Source of the DNA: a virus
Taxonomy: Duplodnaviria > Heunggongvirae > Uroviricota > Caudoviricetes
DNA length: 64,000 nucleotides
Reading direction: 5' to 3' (one strand)
Virus record (IMG/VR): IMGVR_UViG_3300045049_000270
In this document: in pieces, positions 52,025 through 61,914 of the stretch
How positions within the stretch are numbered: the stretch's first letter is position 1
How the letters are laid out: each line of letters begins with the position of its first letter
Translations under genes and position numbers: made by a program
Notes under the pieces: generated by a model
Seen by the model: the letters and a program-made list of their open reading frames with translations, nothing else
What the model was told of the DNA's origin: nothing
Database searches by the model: none

Positions 52025-52984
52025 ATGCGGTATTTCGAATTACGAGAAACAGCCAGAGAAATCAATGATATTATTAAGATATCAGATGCGTTAATGACTG
52101 CTATTAATAAAGCCATCCAAATAAATATACGTCAAAATTCTGGCGCCCAGAATGATGATGACCCTGAAGATCTAATATGGCGCCCTAGTGTTTTCATGGC
52201 GCCCGCTCGAAATAAAGATTGGGCAAATTCATCAACTAAAAATTCACCACGTCGTTTTAAAGACGTTATATCAGATGAAATCATCGAAGACTATTGGGAT
52301 GAAATTAGTTCTTCCGTTTGTTCTATGCTTGTTGGAAAACATGACAACACGCTTAAAGGCTCAGATCATGCTACTAGCGAGATTGAAGTTGGAACAATAG
52401 ATGAAATCTTAAGAAACAATGATTTTGATTTCAATTCAGTTGATAGCAATACATACAATATGGTTAAATCTCTATGGGTAGTTTTAACCAATAATGGTGC
52501 GTCAAAGGGAAAATATTCTCCGAATGCAAAAAATGATAATGACATAAAAAAGACAAAAGAAGATGGTATGCATTCATTACAAGGTGAAGTAATGATAAGT
52601 GCTTTCTGGTTTATTAAAAATGGTCGTGTTGCTGCGAAATCAATAGCTAGTACGATTGCGCATGAATTAACACATGCAATTGACGATCAAAAGAGTGCGG
52701 GGAGATACATGATGAACAAACGCACTGGTCAATTCCAAGATCAATCAAAAATGACTAACCAAGAATATTTGCAATCAAATATTGAAGTGAATGCTCGCTT
52801 CACGCAAGCAATCAAAGAACTTGCAAGTAAGATAAAAGCAGACCCTGATTTGTTGCAACGTGATCGGTTCATCACAGAACTTAACAAATCATTTCGTAAG
52901 CATCAATTGTCAAAAGAAACATTGACACCAGAACAAACACAAAAGTTGATTAAACGAGCGTTACAGTATTTCGAAATCAAATAG
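52025..52984 (+). CDS. HExxH metallopeptidase-like protein
   Basis: TIAHELTHAID .. EVNAR. Confidence 0.6.
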   Translation: MRYFELRETAREINDIIKISDALMTAINKAIQINIRQNSGAQNDDDPEDLIWRPSVFMAPARNKDWANSSTKNSPRRFKDVISDEIIEDYWDEISSSVCSMLVGKHDNTLKGSDHATSEIEVGTIDEILRNNDFDFNSVDSNTYNMVKSLWVVLTNNGASKGKYSPNAKNDNDIKKTKEDGMHSLQGEVMISAFWFIKNGRVAAKSIASTIAHELTHAIDDQKSAGRYMMNKRTGQFQDQSKMTNQEYLQSNIEVNARFTQAIKELASKIKADPDLLQRDRFITELNKSFRKHQLSKETLTPEQTQKLIKRALQYFEIK

Positions 52985-53083
52985 TTGATGACCGATGCAT
53001 ATCATTGCATTTGAGCATAAAGCCACCCTTAGGGTGGCTTTAGCCATTTCTGTGTTATGCTAATGCTTTTGTAGGAATGGCTT

Positions 53084-53290
53084 ATGTTTCATTTCAATAT
53101 GTCTACCAACCAAAACTTTGCATCATTCAAAGATGATGACAGCGACGCTTACGTATTCGTTGAATCATTCGACAACATTGAATTTGAGGTTCGAATTGGT
53201 AGTGTGAGCGTATCAACATATCAAGCAACAATCATGGCTTCTTCGGATGAAGATCTGAATGGCCAATTGTGTGATATGTTCAATAAGTAA
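53084..53290 (+). CDS. small acidic protein
   Basis: 68 aa. Confidence 0.55.
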   Translation: MFHFNMSTNQNFASFKDDDSDAYVFVESFDNIEFEVRIGSVSVSTYQATIMASSDEDLNGQLCDMFNK

Positions 53291-53499
53291 AGTTTATAAT
53301 AAAATGAGAGCATTAATTCTGGGTGTCGTGGTTTTCTTTATCGTTCTGTTTATTTTGCTTTTTGACACGTATGATATGTTTTGTGATGATGATTTTTAAT
53401 TCATAAAATGAAAGCACTTCTCATAATTGGCATCATCGTATGGTTAGTGCTGTTATTCGCATTTGAAGAAATAGATCCACCAGATGTAGACATCGATTT

Positions 53500-53997
53500 A
53501 TGACAATAAAACTAGTTCAGGCAACGGGCAGTCCATTTGATTTGTATCCTCAATTGCAAACAATTTGGCCTGAGCCCTATAATTCCATCGCTCATGAAAT
53601 CTCGTCTGAAGATTCTAATACCGGCGAAATCTATTTGATTACTCTCGATGATGAAGTAGTTGGTATAACAGGTGTGTTCTCAAGCGAAGACTATCCTGAA
53701 GATCAATTGGGTGAACATCCAGAAAACATATATTTGAGATGGACAGGTGTAGTTCCAAACATTCGTAAAAGTGGTATTGGCCGTGCTGCTCTTGACTTGC
53801 TTCTTCGTGATGTTTGTCCGTTTCATTACCCAAATCGCAAACATTTGGTCGAATTAGTGCCGCATACGGATTATGGACGCACCGTAGTCGAACCTTTCTT
53901 CCAGAAAGTTGGCTTCGTCAAACATGGCCCGCTTGAACGTTATGATTGGATTGATCACGAGTGGCAACCATATTTGTTGACTTTCAAAAAAGCTTGA
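53500..53997 (+). CDS. GNAT acetyltransferase-like protein
   Basis: GVVPNIRKSGIGRAAL, FFQKVGF. Confidence 0.8.
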   Translation: MTIKLVQATGSPFDLYPQLQTIWPEPYNSIAHEISSEDSNTGEIYLITLDDEVVGITGVFSSEDYPEDQLGEHPENIYLRWTGVVPNIRKSGIGRAALDLLLRDVCPFHYPNRKHLVELVPHTDYGRTVVEPFFQKVGFVKHGPLERYDWIDHEWQPYLLTFKKA

Positions 53998-54233
53998 TCC
54001 CATTGCCAAATGAATCTACCATATGAACATGGTAGATGAACAGGAGAGTGAGATGACGCAGCAAGAGCAGCAAAGCTATCAACGTTATACCGATTTGTGC
54101 GAGAAATATGGATTTCAACCAATGCCGTTCGAATTGTTTCAAGTAGGAGCGACGTTTCGAGCGCAATCTAATGCTTGAATATAAGCTCAAATGAGCTTAT
54201 CATTTAACGAAGAATGTAACAAGGAGAGCAATC

Positions 54234-54419
54234 ATGTTATTGGCGAAATTAGATGACCGAGTAGTTGAAATCGTGAGGATTGCACACGATGTACGGTTTT
54301 CAGATGCCAAGGACTGGTTGCTGATTAGCCTCGAACCTGGAGATCTTGAAAGTCTCACTGTTCGTTGGCTTCCGGCTGCAACGACCAAATTCTGGTGGGT
54401 GAGAGAATTCCGTTTTTAA
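54234..54419 (+). CDS. small hypothetical protein
   Basis: AAGGAG SD. Confidence 0.55.
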   Translation: MLLAKLDDRVVEIVRIAHDVRFSDAKDWLLISLEPGDLESLTVRWLPAATTKFWWVREFRF

Positions 54420-54429
54420 AGGATGAATT

Positions 54430-54744
54430 GTGAACACAAAGAACGTTCAATACGGCACATGCCCGGTCTGTAGTGGAACAGGACGTATGCCATGTCCTGA
54501 TCATCTCCGCAAGTATGCTGAAAGTAACGGATGGTACGGGTACAAACCAGAAGATGATTGTGTTGATTGTACTAACTGCGGGGCACAATACATGTTTGGT
54601 AAAGCCAGCGGGAAAGTGCGATTGCGTGACGATGGTACACCATGTGAACATGAATATACGTCAAGTAAAGGTTCGTGGCGCTGTACAACCAACTATCACT
54701 GCAAGCATTGTGGGGACACTTATATGATCGACTCTGGTGACTAA
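54430..54744 (+). CDS. zinc-finger protein
   Basis: CPVCSGTG, CTNCG, CKHCG. Confidence 0.7.
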   Translation: MNTKNVQYGTCPVCSGTGRMPCPDHLRKYAESNGWYGYKPEDDCVDCTNCGAQYMFGKASGKVRLRDDGTPCEHEYTSSKGSWRCTTNYHCKHCGDTYMIDSGD

Positions 54745-54800
54745 GCCTGACTTCTAAGCTCACCTGTGTTAGAATGAAATCTCTTCACAGGGGGCGAACG

Positions 54801-55064
54801 ATGATCGTGATCAAGATATTGAGTGCGGCAACGGGACAGGCAACAGACTTTGATGGTACCTATATCAAATCATTTGACGTTGAGGCCCATGATGGACGAG
54901 GGGAATTGAAATGCTCCCCTTTCATCAAAGATGCAAAACAGTTCCCAGATAGAGTCACTGCACATGAATTTTGGCGTCAACAATCTAACGTTACCCCAAT
55001 ACGCCCAGATGGTAAACCAAATCGACCACTCACCTACTTCAATGTTGAGCTAGTACCTATGTAG
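54801..55064 (+). CDS. hypothetical protein
   Basis: ATG 54801. Confidence 0.6.
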   Translation: MIVIKILSAATGQATDFDGTYIKSFDVEAHDGRGELKCSPFIKDAKQFPDRVTAHEFWRQQSNVTPIRPDGKPNRPLTYFNVELVPM

Positions 55065-55123
55065 GTAATTATCACACATGCCAAAAATGGCGGCTGTTAA
55101 GTCGCCATTTTTCATGACCTCTG

Positions 55124-55192
55124 CCTGGGTTTGATAGTCTCCAATTAATGATTTGTGAAAGTCATTAGGAAAGACTTATAACCTCCATGAAT
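55124..55192. repeat. dispersed structured repeat, copy 3
   Basis: CCTGGGTTTG - hairpin - AACCTCCATGAAT. Confidence 0.75.
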
Positions 55193-55471
55193 TCTTCTGT
55201 GATTGATGGTTAGTTCGTGATATACGAGTGACGGTTGTGAACATAGGATAATTTACTATACTGACAGTCATACTTGCTCAGTTACTACGGTATTACGTTT
55301 GACGTAATATTCAAATGAGCATATCATGTGATGAGGGTAAACTTAAAGGAGGTGGTGATGGTGATTAGTTAGGGCAAACCATGCAATATGCTTTTTTGGA
55401 ACCAACCTGGATTGGTCATGATTAGCTTCGTAAATTAATTGTTGAAGCAGAATAACTACAGGAGGGCCGTC

Positions 55472-55783
55472 ATGTTTAATTTTCCTGGAGAGTTGCCTGT
55501 TATCGAACTTGAAGGTATCAAGGTTATTCATGATACCTGGATAGAGACTCGTTCTGTTAGTGTTATAGGGCAATGTGTTACTCTCAATGAAGGTGATGTG
55601 GTTGATCCTGATTCACGTTGTCGTATTTGCCAAGCGATTCAACAAAATGTGTACGAGATGAATGCGTACATGATGAACATAACTGCGAAATCGCAAGCGT
55701 TGCCGTTGTTTTACCGGCCTGAAGATTTGGTTGAGTCAACGGATAACGAGGGTGATCAAGAAGGGGAATGGATCAAGTTCTGA
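55472..55783 (+). CDS. hypothetical protein
   Basis: AGGAGG SD. Confidence 0.6.
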   Translation: MFNFPGELPVIELEGIKVIHDTWIETRSVSVIGQCVTLNEGDVVDPDSRCRICQAIQQNVYEMNAYMMNITAKSQALPLFYRPEDLVESTDNEGDQEGEWIKF

Positions 55784-55995
55784 TGGACATAACCAATTTA
55801 TTTCTGGTTGAATTCACATTGCAAACCAGGCATTATATGCGGGAACCCGAGCACGAAAAGCTACGTCGATTAGTGGTAGCCGCCGACTCCGATGATGCAA
55901 TGGCTAAGGTCATGGTTCATTATGAAGGGCAGAGTCGTCCTCATGATGTATCGTATTATGTGACGATTGATTCGTGCGAAGGTGTGCTGATTTAA
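55768..55995 (+). CDS. hypothetical protein
   Basis: 75 aa. Confidence 0.55.
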   Translation: MDQVLMDITNLFLVEFTLQTRHYMREPEHEKLRRLVVAADSDDAMAKVMVHYEGQSRPHDVSYYVTIDSCEGVLI

Positions 55996-56023
55996 TTGGC
56001 GAGTGATGTTATCATTCGCTTAT

Positions 56024-56098
56024 GCGCCCGTAGTTCAACGGATAGAACAGGTGTCTTCTAAGCATCGAGTGGGGGTTCGATTCCCTCCGGGCGCGCCA
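56024..56098 (+). tRNA. tRNA-Arg(TCT)
   Basis: CT-TCT-AA. Confidence 0.92.
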
Positions 56099-56113
56099 TT
56101 TGAGGGGTAGGTT

Positions 56114-56467
56114 ATGGAACACTTGGTCCGTTTGTACCGAACGATGTACGAACATACGAAGGACGAGTGTGCTCAATGTAGATGCCCGCATTCTTGTTGT
56201 TCACCCGAATACTGCGAGGGAGCGATCATCTATGCTCAAGAGCAATGGGGTGTCACTCTTGTTCGTACGAATCATCCAAGGCTTCCATTGATGGGTCCGA
56301 CTGGTTGTACTGCCGATCCGCATTTACGCCCGATATGCACGCTACATACTTGTGCTGTGAACGGTCTTGGGTTCAAACCAGGTGACGATGTTTGGACTGA
56401 AAAGTATTTCGCCATTCGTGATGAAATTGAAACAGCTGAGTATGAACGGATGAAAGATGAGGATTGA
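56114..56467 (+). CDS. Cys-cluster protein (YkgJ-like Zn/Fe-S)
   Basis: CxxCxCxxxCC .. GC .. RPICTLHTC. Confidence 0.65.
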   Translation: MEHLVRLYRTMYEHTKDECAQCRCPHSCCSPEYCEGAIIYAQEQWGVTLVRTNHPRLPLMGPTGCTADPHLRPICTLHTCAVNGLGFKPGDDVWTEKYFAIRDEIETAEYERMKDED

Positions 56468-56564
56468 ATCAAATACCACAGTGAAATAACGTTTGGCTTG
56501 CCGTTCTGTTATTATTGCAAAGCGGCAATTTCATTAGTGAAGCCGTAATACGGCTTCTTTTCAT

Positions 56565-58079
56565 TTGGAAATAAAAACAAATATGGAAATCAAAGTAGTT
56601 CGTCATTCTGATTATGATAAAACGCAATATCAGGACATGATTGTTGTTGGTGTGTTTGAAGAAGACATACTGACTGGTATTGTCAGTGAATATGATTCAT
56701 ATTTCGCTGGTGTCATCTCCAAGCGTATTGCTGATGGTGATTTCAAACCGTCTCTGGGCAATACGCATATTGAATTTGTGACGTCACTCTCCAGAGTTCT
56801 TCTTGTTGGTCTTGGTAAACGAGAAAAATTTGATCGTCATGCATTCAACAAGGCTGTTTCTGCTGTTGCATCAAATATCAAAGGTCGTGCGTTTTCCGGC
56901 GTTCTGGTACGTTTGATCGAACAGATCAACACCCAGTACATGACTGGCTTGGATGCTCTTCGTGAGCTTACCATGACGCTTCGTGGTGCCGAATACTCTT
57001 TTGACAAGTTCAAGAGCAAGGCTGAACCTGTTGTCTTCCCAAATGCAATTACTGTTGTCATTGATGACGATGAAAGCGTGCCGTTTGCGCAAGATTCGGT
57101 GAATACAGGTAATGCTATTGCATCGGGTATGTCGTTCACGAAAGATCTCGGTAACACACCTGGTAATGTTTGCACTCCAACATGGCTTGGTGAACAGGCT
57201 ATTACACTGGCCAATAAAAACACGGACGTGGTTGTACTAACCAAGTATGCGATCGAGCAGTTGGGTATGAATTCGTTCTTGTCAGTTGCACAAGGTTCGG
57301 TGCAGGAACCAAAGCTTATTTTGATTTCATACAATGGTGCCGATAATTATGATGAAGCCCCTATAGCATTGGTTGGTAAGGGAATCACATTTGATACAGG
57401 TGGTATCTCGATCAAGCCATCATCTGGCATGAACGAAATGAAGTACGACATGCTTGGTGCAGGTGCCGTTATTGGTGCCATCAAGGCCGCCCAACAAATT
57501 GGCATTAAGAAGAACATTGTTGGTGTTATCCCAACATGTGAAAATATGCCATCAGGTTCGGCTGTTAAACCTGGCGATATCGTTACCTCGATGTCTGGTA
57601 TTACTATCGAGAATAACAACACTGACGCTGAAGGTCGTTTGATTCTATGTGATGCATTGACCTATGCTCAACAAAAGCTGCGCACCAAGCCATCATTGAT
57701 TATTGACCTTGCTACATTGACTGGTGCTATTTGTGTTGCCTTGGGTGAAGTGCATAGTGGTTTGTTCACCAAGGATGATGAACTTGCTCGTGATCTGATC
57801 AATGCTGGTTATGGTGCTATGGATACGGTGTGGCGTATGCCCATGGATCAAGAGTTCGATGATATGTTGAAGACTAACCATGCGGACGTTGCTAATGTTG
57901 GTGGTCGTGATGGTGGAAGTTCATCTGCTGCTTGTTTCTTAGGCCGTTTCATCGAAGATGGCACACGTTGGGCTCACCTTGATATTGCTGGTACAGCTTC
58001 AACTGGTGGTAAAAACAAAGAAGCAACCGGACGACCGGTGCCGTTGCTCGTTCAGTTCTTGTTGAACCAAGCCAAGTAA
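56565..58079 (+). CDS. pepA: leucyl aminopeptidase (M17)
   Basis: VGKGITFDTGGISIKP, MKYDM, NTDAEGRL, ATLTGA, WAHLDIAG. Confidence 0.97.
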   Translation: MEIKTNMEIKVVRHSDYDKTQYQDMIVVGVFEEDILTGIVSEYDSYFAGVISKRIADGDFKPSLGNTHIEFVTSLSRVLLVGLGKREKFDRHAFNKAVSAVASNIKGRAFSGVLVRLIEQINTQYMTGLDALRELTMTLRGAEYSFDKFKSKAEPVVFPNAITVVIDDDESVPFAQDSVNTGNAIASGMSFTKDLGNTPGNVCTPTWLGEQAITLANKNTDVVVLTKYAIEQLGMNSFLSVAQGSVQEPKLILISYNGADNYDEAPIALVGKGITFDTGGISIKPSSGMNEMKYDMLGAGAVIGAIKAAQQIGIKKNIVGVIPTCENMPSGSAVKPGDIVTSMSGITIENNNTDAEGRLILCDALTYAQQKLRTKPSLIIDLATLTGAICVALGEVHSGLFTKDDELARDLINAGYGAMDTVWRMPMDQEFDDMLKTNHADVANVGGRDGGSSSAACFLGRFIEDGTRWAHLDIAGTASTGGKNKEATGRPVPLLVQFLLNQAK

Positions 58080-58144
58080 CCGCTGTGAAGGTGCCAATTG
58101 TGTTATATAATTGGCACCGTTCTAGTCAATACCGAAAAAATAAA

Positions 58145-58561
58145 ATGACAACCATTCAAGAACTACAAAAAGAAATCGATCTATACAAGGATATCGTAAA
58201 CAATATCCATTCGCATTTCACGAAAGTTATTACTGACAAAACGATTCCAATTGATGATCGTTGGAAATTGTTTGTTTCGGCCCCAAGTGAATTGCGAGGA
58301 CATAAAGAATATCTTTATACTTTTTCGTGTTTGGGTAGGTTTGATTGGTATGATTACGGTGCCGAACGACATCAAACAATTAATATGATTGACTTTGTGA
58401 ACGAAGTTCAAGGTGATGTTGATCAATACATTCAGACTTGTAGCACAGATGATTTGGTGTATTGTTTTACTGAGAAGCTAGTGAAAATTCCAAATGTAGT
58501 AGAGAAGATAAAAGAAGAATTGATGCAAGCTAATATTGGCAGCTTTGTTTTTGATTGGTAA
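58145..58561 (+). CDS. hypothetical protein
   Basis: ATG 58145. Confidence 0.65.
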   Translation: MTTIQELQKEIDLYKDIVNNIHSHFTKVITDKTIPIDDRWKLFVSAPSELRGHKEYLYTFSCLGRFDWYDYGAERHQTINMIDFVNEVQGDVDQYIQTCSTDDLVYCFTEKLVKIPNVVEKIKEELMQANIGSFVFDW

Positions 58562-58566
58562 TAACA

Positions 58567-58965
58567 ATGATTGAAGTAACCAACCCAATGAATTTTCACA
58601 CCCGACGATGGATCAAGCCCGAAGATTTGAACCCTAACGGTTCATTATTTGGTGGAAGGCTACTTTCGTGGATTGATGAAGAGTGTGCAATCTACGCAAT
58701 GATTCAACTTCAGAATCAGCGTATCGTTACAAAGCTGATGTCAGAAATTAACTTTGTTAGCAGTGCTAAACAAGGTGACATTATTGAACTTGGTATTGTG
58801 GCTACTCACTTCGGTCGTACATCAATCACAATGCGCTGTGAGGTCCGCAACAAAATGACCAAACAAACAATACTATCAATTGATAAAATTGTATTTGTCA
58901 ACATTGGTGAGGATGGCAAACCAGCAGCACATGGCAAGACAGAAATTACTTACGCATATCGATAA
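58567..58965 (+). CDS. acyl-CoA thioesterase (hotdog fold)
   Basis: PEDLNPNGSLFGGRLLSWIDE, GRTS. Confidence 0.9.
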   Translation: MIEVTNPMNFHTRRWIKPEDLNPNGSLFGGRLLSWIDEECAIYAMIQLQNQRIVTKLMSEINFVSSAKQGDIIELGIVATHFGRTSITMRCEVRNKMTKQTILSIDKIVFVNIGEDGKPAAHGKTEITYAYR

Positions 58966-59288
58966 TGAGCGATTTTGAAGATAAACAGCATCATTTTGTA
59001 TTTGTTACCACCTGTTCGACAACTGGTAAAAGTTTCATAGATTATCATTCAACTGATGACTTGAATGATGGTTACTTGGGTCGTTCTAGATTGCTGCTTG
59101 ATTCAGTTGCCACACATGGTGTAGAAGCTCATCAACGAACGATTATTGAACATGCTTCTGATCGTGAAGCGGTGAAGGTTTTAGCTGCGAAATATAAGAA
59201 AACCGCACGAATGATGGCTGCAACACCGTTTGAAGAACGAACTTCTCGTTCACCTTACAAAATTGAAACTACGAATTGGAATAAGTGA
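58965..59288 (+). CDS. degenerate GIY-YIG-like domain protein
   Basis: HFVFVTTCSTTGKSFIDYHSTDDLNDGYLG aligns with the N-terminus of 31195-31911. Confidence 0.65.
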   Translation: MSDFEDKQHHFVFVTTCSTTGKSFIDYHSTDDLNDGYLGRSRLLLDSVATHGVEAHQRTIIEHASDREAVKVLAAKYKKTARMMAATPFEERTSRSPYKIETTNWNK

Positions 59289-59503
59289 TGCCGATGACTA
59301 GAAAAAACGTTCGCCCCGTTGAAATTGATTATGTCTGCGACAAGTGTGGTCAGGGCAAGATGCGGTCCTATGCGAATTTGATGAGCAATCCTGTTCAATT
59401 TCGTCATCGTTGTACAAATTGGTGCAATGGTTGTGACTTTGAATTAACACGCACATTCAAGTATCCGTATGTAGAATACGAAGTAGTCAATGACTTTGAC
59501 TAA
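59285..59503 (+). CDS. small zinc-ribbon protein
   Basis: CDKCG .. HRC .. C. Confidence 0.6.
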   Translation: MMPMTRKNVRPVEIDYVCDKCGQGKMRSYANLMSNPVQFRHRCTNWCNGCDFELTRTFKYPYVEYEVVNDFD

Positions 59504-59546
59504 ATGAACAAAGTTTCGTATCATTTGAAGAAATTAAGGAACCCAA

Positions 59547-59789
59547 ATGAACAAAGACTTCGCCATTGTCCATATAACTCGCAAGAACGAAAAAACTGGG
59601 AGTGATGATGCTGTTGTTTTAGTCACCTATAAAGGTGAAGCTTTGGCTTTGTTCAAAGGTGACGATCTCGAATCTAGAGCGATAGATTACATCAAAACTT
59701 ACGGTTACCTTGCGGAATGGCGTCGTCTGTGGTTAATTGGAACTAACCCGAATTGGGATGAATGTTTACGAGTAAACATTGATGGATAA
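59547..59789 (+). CDS. hypothetical protein
   Basis: AAGGA SD. Confidence 0.6.
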   Translation: MNKDFAIVHITRKNEKTGSDDAVVLVTYKGEALALFKGDDLESRAIDYIKTYGYLAEWRRLWLIGTNPNWDECLRVNIDG

Positions 59790-60207
59790 AAAGTACGACA
59801 TTGATGTCATTCGATCGCTGGCTATATTCATTATTGCCGGGTTGTACCCGGGCAGTTTTGCAGAGGCTTGCATTATGCAAGACCGAGTACGCGCATATAA
59901 GATGGCGCATGCCTTGCTGAAAATTGAGCATGCAGGTCAAGATATTATCGCTAATATGTTGGAATTTGTTGAACAGCACTTTCCTCGAACATTGTTGGAT
60001 AATACAGATTTGATGAGTGAATGGCCTTCACATGGTGGTTTGTTGAATGTTGACTACAAAGTAAAGATGCAAATGTACCTGGAATGTGGTCATGATCCGT
60101 GGTTTTTGAAGCTGATAAATCCTGAATTCCTCGATTACATTTGGCAAGATAACGCGAATTTCCCAAAAGTAAATGTGCCATTTTGGCGCAAATTTCCACG
60201 TGATTGA
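59779..60207 (+). CDS. hypothetical protein
   Basis: 142 aa. Confidence 0.65.
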   Translation: MMDKKYDIDVIRSLAIFIIAGLYPGSFAEACIMQDRVRAYKMAHALLKIEHAGQDIIANMLEFVEQHFPRTLLDNTDLMSEWPSHGGLLNVDYKVKMQMYLECGHDPWFLKLINPEFLDYIWQDNANFPKVNVPFWRKFPRD

Positions 60208-60267
60208 CGTTGCATGATAAGGTTGCTTTCGTTATAATATTTTCTCCAAGACTACCAACAAAGACAA

Positions 60268-60969
60268 ATGCAATACACAACCGCAGTACAAGATCGAATC
60301 GAACGCCTCCTGAAGATTGGCGGCGAAATACTTGACAAACAAGTAACAAATGGTAATGAACTAGCTGCTGTTGGTGTTAATCAAGGTGTTCACTTTGTCA
60401 TGTATCCAGATGGAACATTTGAACGCTTTGAAAAAGATGAATTGGTCAAATATCGCAAAGGCTGGACTGGCCCCACGATTAATGATCCCAAAGAAGTTAG
60501 AGCTCGTAAGGAACGAGAATTTAACGAACAAATGGCTGCAATTGCTGAAGAAAAGCAAAAGCAGCGTGATGCCCGCCGAGCCGCTCGAAAGAAGGGATTG
60601 GTGGAATCTAATGAACCTTCTCTAGTCGAACGGCTCAAACGTTACGAGATTGAAGTACCGGCTGCTGAACGTGAAGTGATTGAGCTTGCTCGACCAGCAT
60701 TCGACTTCTTTTTCGAACAATTTGGTCAAACTATCGATCGAAAAATCAGCGGAAGCACGCGTGAAAAAGAAAATTGGAGCGATCCAGAATACGTGCTTGA
60801 TTTTGTCACGAATAAGTTAAAACCGTACTTGGGAACAGAAGATGCTACAGGTGAAGTAGATGGTGAAGGTCCTGCTTGTTCTCCTGAAGAATGGCAAGAT
60901 TTCAAACAGCTTGACACTGCGTATCAACTCACTCTCGCTGTGCAGTTTTGCGGTATTCTCCCATACTGA
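60268..60969 (+). CDS. hypothetical protein
   Basis: 233 aa with a coiled-coil segment. Confidence 0.75.
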   Translation: MQYTTAVQDRIERLLKIGGEILDKQVTNGNELAAVGVNQGVHFVMYPDGTFERFEKDELVKYRKGWTGPTINDPKEVRARKEREFNEQMAAIAEEKQKQRDARRAARKKGLVESNEPSLVERLKRYEIEVPAAEREVIELARPAFDFFFEQFGQTIDRKISGSTREKENWSDPEYVLDFVTNKLKPYLGTEDATGEVDGEGPACSPEEWQDFKQLDTAYQLTLAVQFCGILPY

Positions 60970-61076
60970 TACAATAATAGCTCGTCAATAATGGCTACCA
61001 AACTGGTAGCCATTTCATTTGCTACCTTGAGTTGCCAAATTATGCATGTTACTATTTGGCAACTTTGAGGATACGC

Positions 61077-61394
61077 ATGATCAAACTTTTCATTGATGAC
61101 GAACGATTTCCACCGAATGATGGTACAGAATGGATCGTAGTTAGATCTAGTGCCGAAGCCAAAAACTTCGTAAAAAAGTTTGGTATTCCTGATTTCATTT
61201 CGTTTGATCATGACTTAGGTGGTGAAGATACATCAATCGTTTTCATCAATTGGCTTACCGACGAACTAATTGAAGGACGATTGCAGTTTCCTACTGAATT
61301 TCAATATTACGTTCACAGCCAGAATCCAGTTGGTGTCAAAAATATTGAATCAAAAATGAACCAACTTTTGAAGCATTTCAACACAGGAAGTTAA
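61077..61394 (+). CDS. cyclic-phosphate-processing receiver domain protein
   Basis: LFIDDERFPP..WIVVRS..ISFDHDLG..VHSQNPVG. Confidence 0.8.
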   Translation: MIKLFIDDERFPPNDGTEWIVVRSSAEAKNFVKKFGIPDFISFDHDLGGEDTSIVFINWLTDELIEGRLQFPTEFQYYVHSQNPVGVKNIESKMNQLLKHFNTGS

Positions 61395-61401
61395 AAATAA
61401 A

Positions 61402-61914
61402 ATGATTGTTGATTCATTTAGTGATGGCGCTACTGATTTTCGTAGCATGGTTAACGATAGTTGGATTAGGAAAAGAACGATCATCGATACCAACTTTGAT
61501 ACCATCAAGTTAGTTGTTCATAAAACCAATTATGAATACTACGTGAGTATTGAACATGCTGAGCTCATGAATGCTGAAAGTAACTGGCGAGATCGGGTCA
61601 TGGGAATAGTTGAATTGATTCCCAAAAGATACGGTAAGTATAAGAAAGTTTTCGAACCACATTCGTTCACCGTTAAAGAGCAGCGTGGTAATGGTTACGT
61701 TGAATCAATCTATCGCTGGATACTGAACAACGGTTATACTCTCGTGTCCGGAAACAACCAGTCGCATGCAAGCAACGGTCTTTGGAGGAAACTCAGCAAA
61801 GATTACGAATGCTACTTGTTTGATGTTAACAGGTACGCTATCATCTGCGAGGGTGACGAATTCAACGTCAACGCTTCGAACACGAGGTTGATGTTGCGTA
61901 AAAGGAGTGAATAA
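61402..61914 (+). CDS. hypothetical protein (GNAT-like C-terminus)
   Basis: VKEQRGNGY .. LVSGNNQS..LWRKL. Confidence 0.6.
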   Translation: MIVDSFSDGATDFRSMVNDSWIRKRTIIDTNFDTIKLVVHKTNYEYYVSIEHAELMNAESNWRDRVMGIVELIPKRYGKYKKVFEPHSFTVKEQRGNGYVESIYRWILNNGYTLVSGNNQSHASNGLWRKLSKDYECYLFDVNRYAIICEGDEFNVNASNTRLMLRKRSE

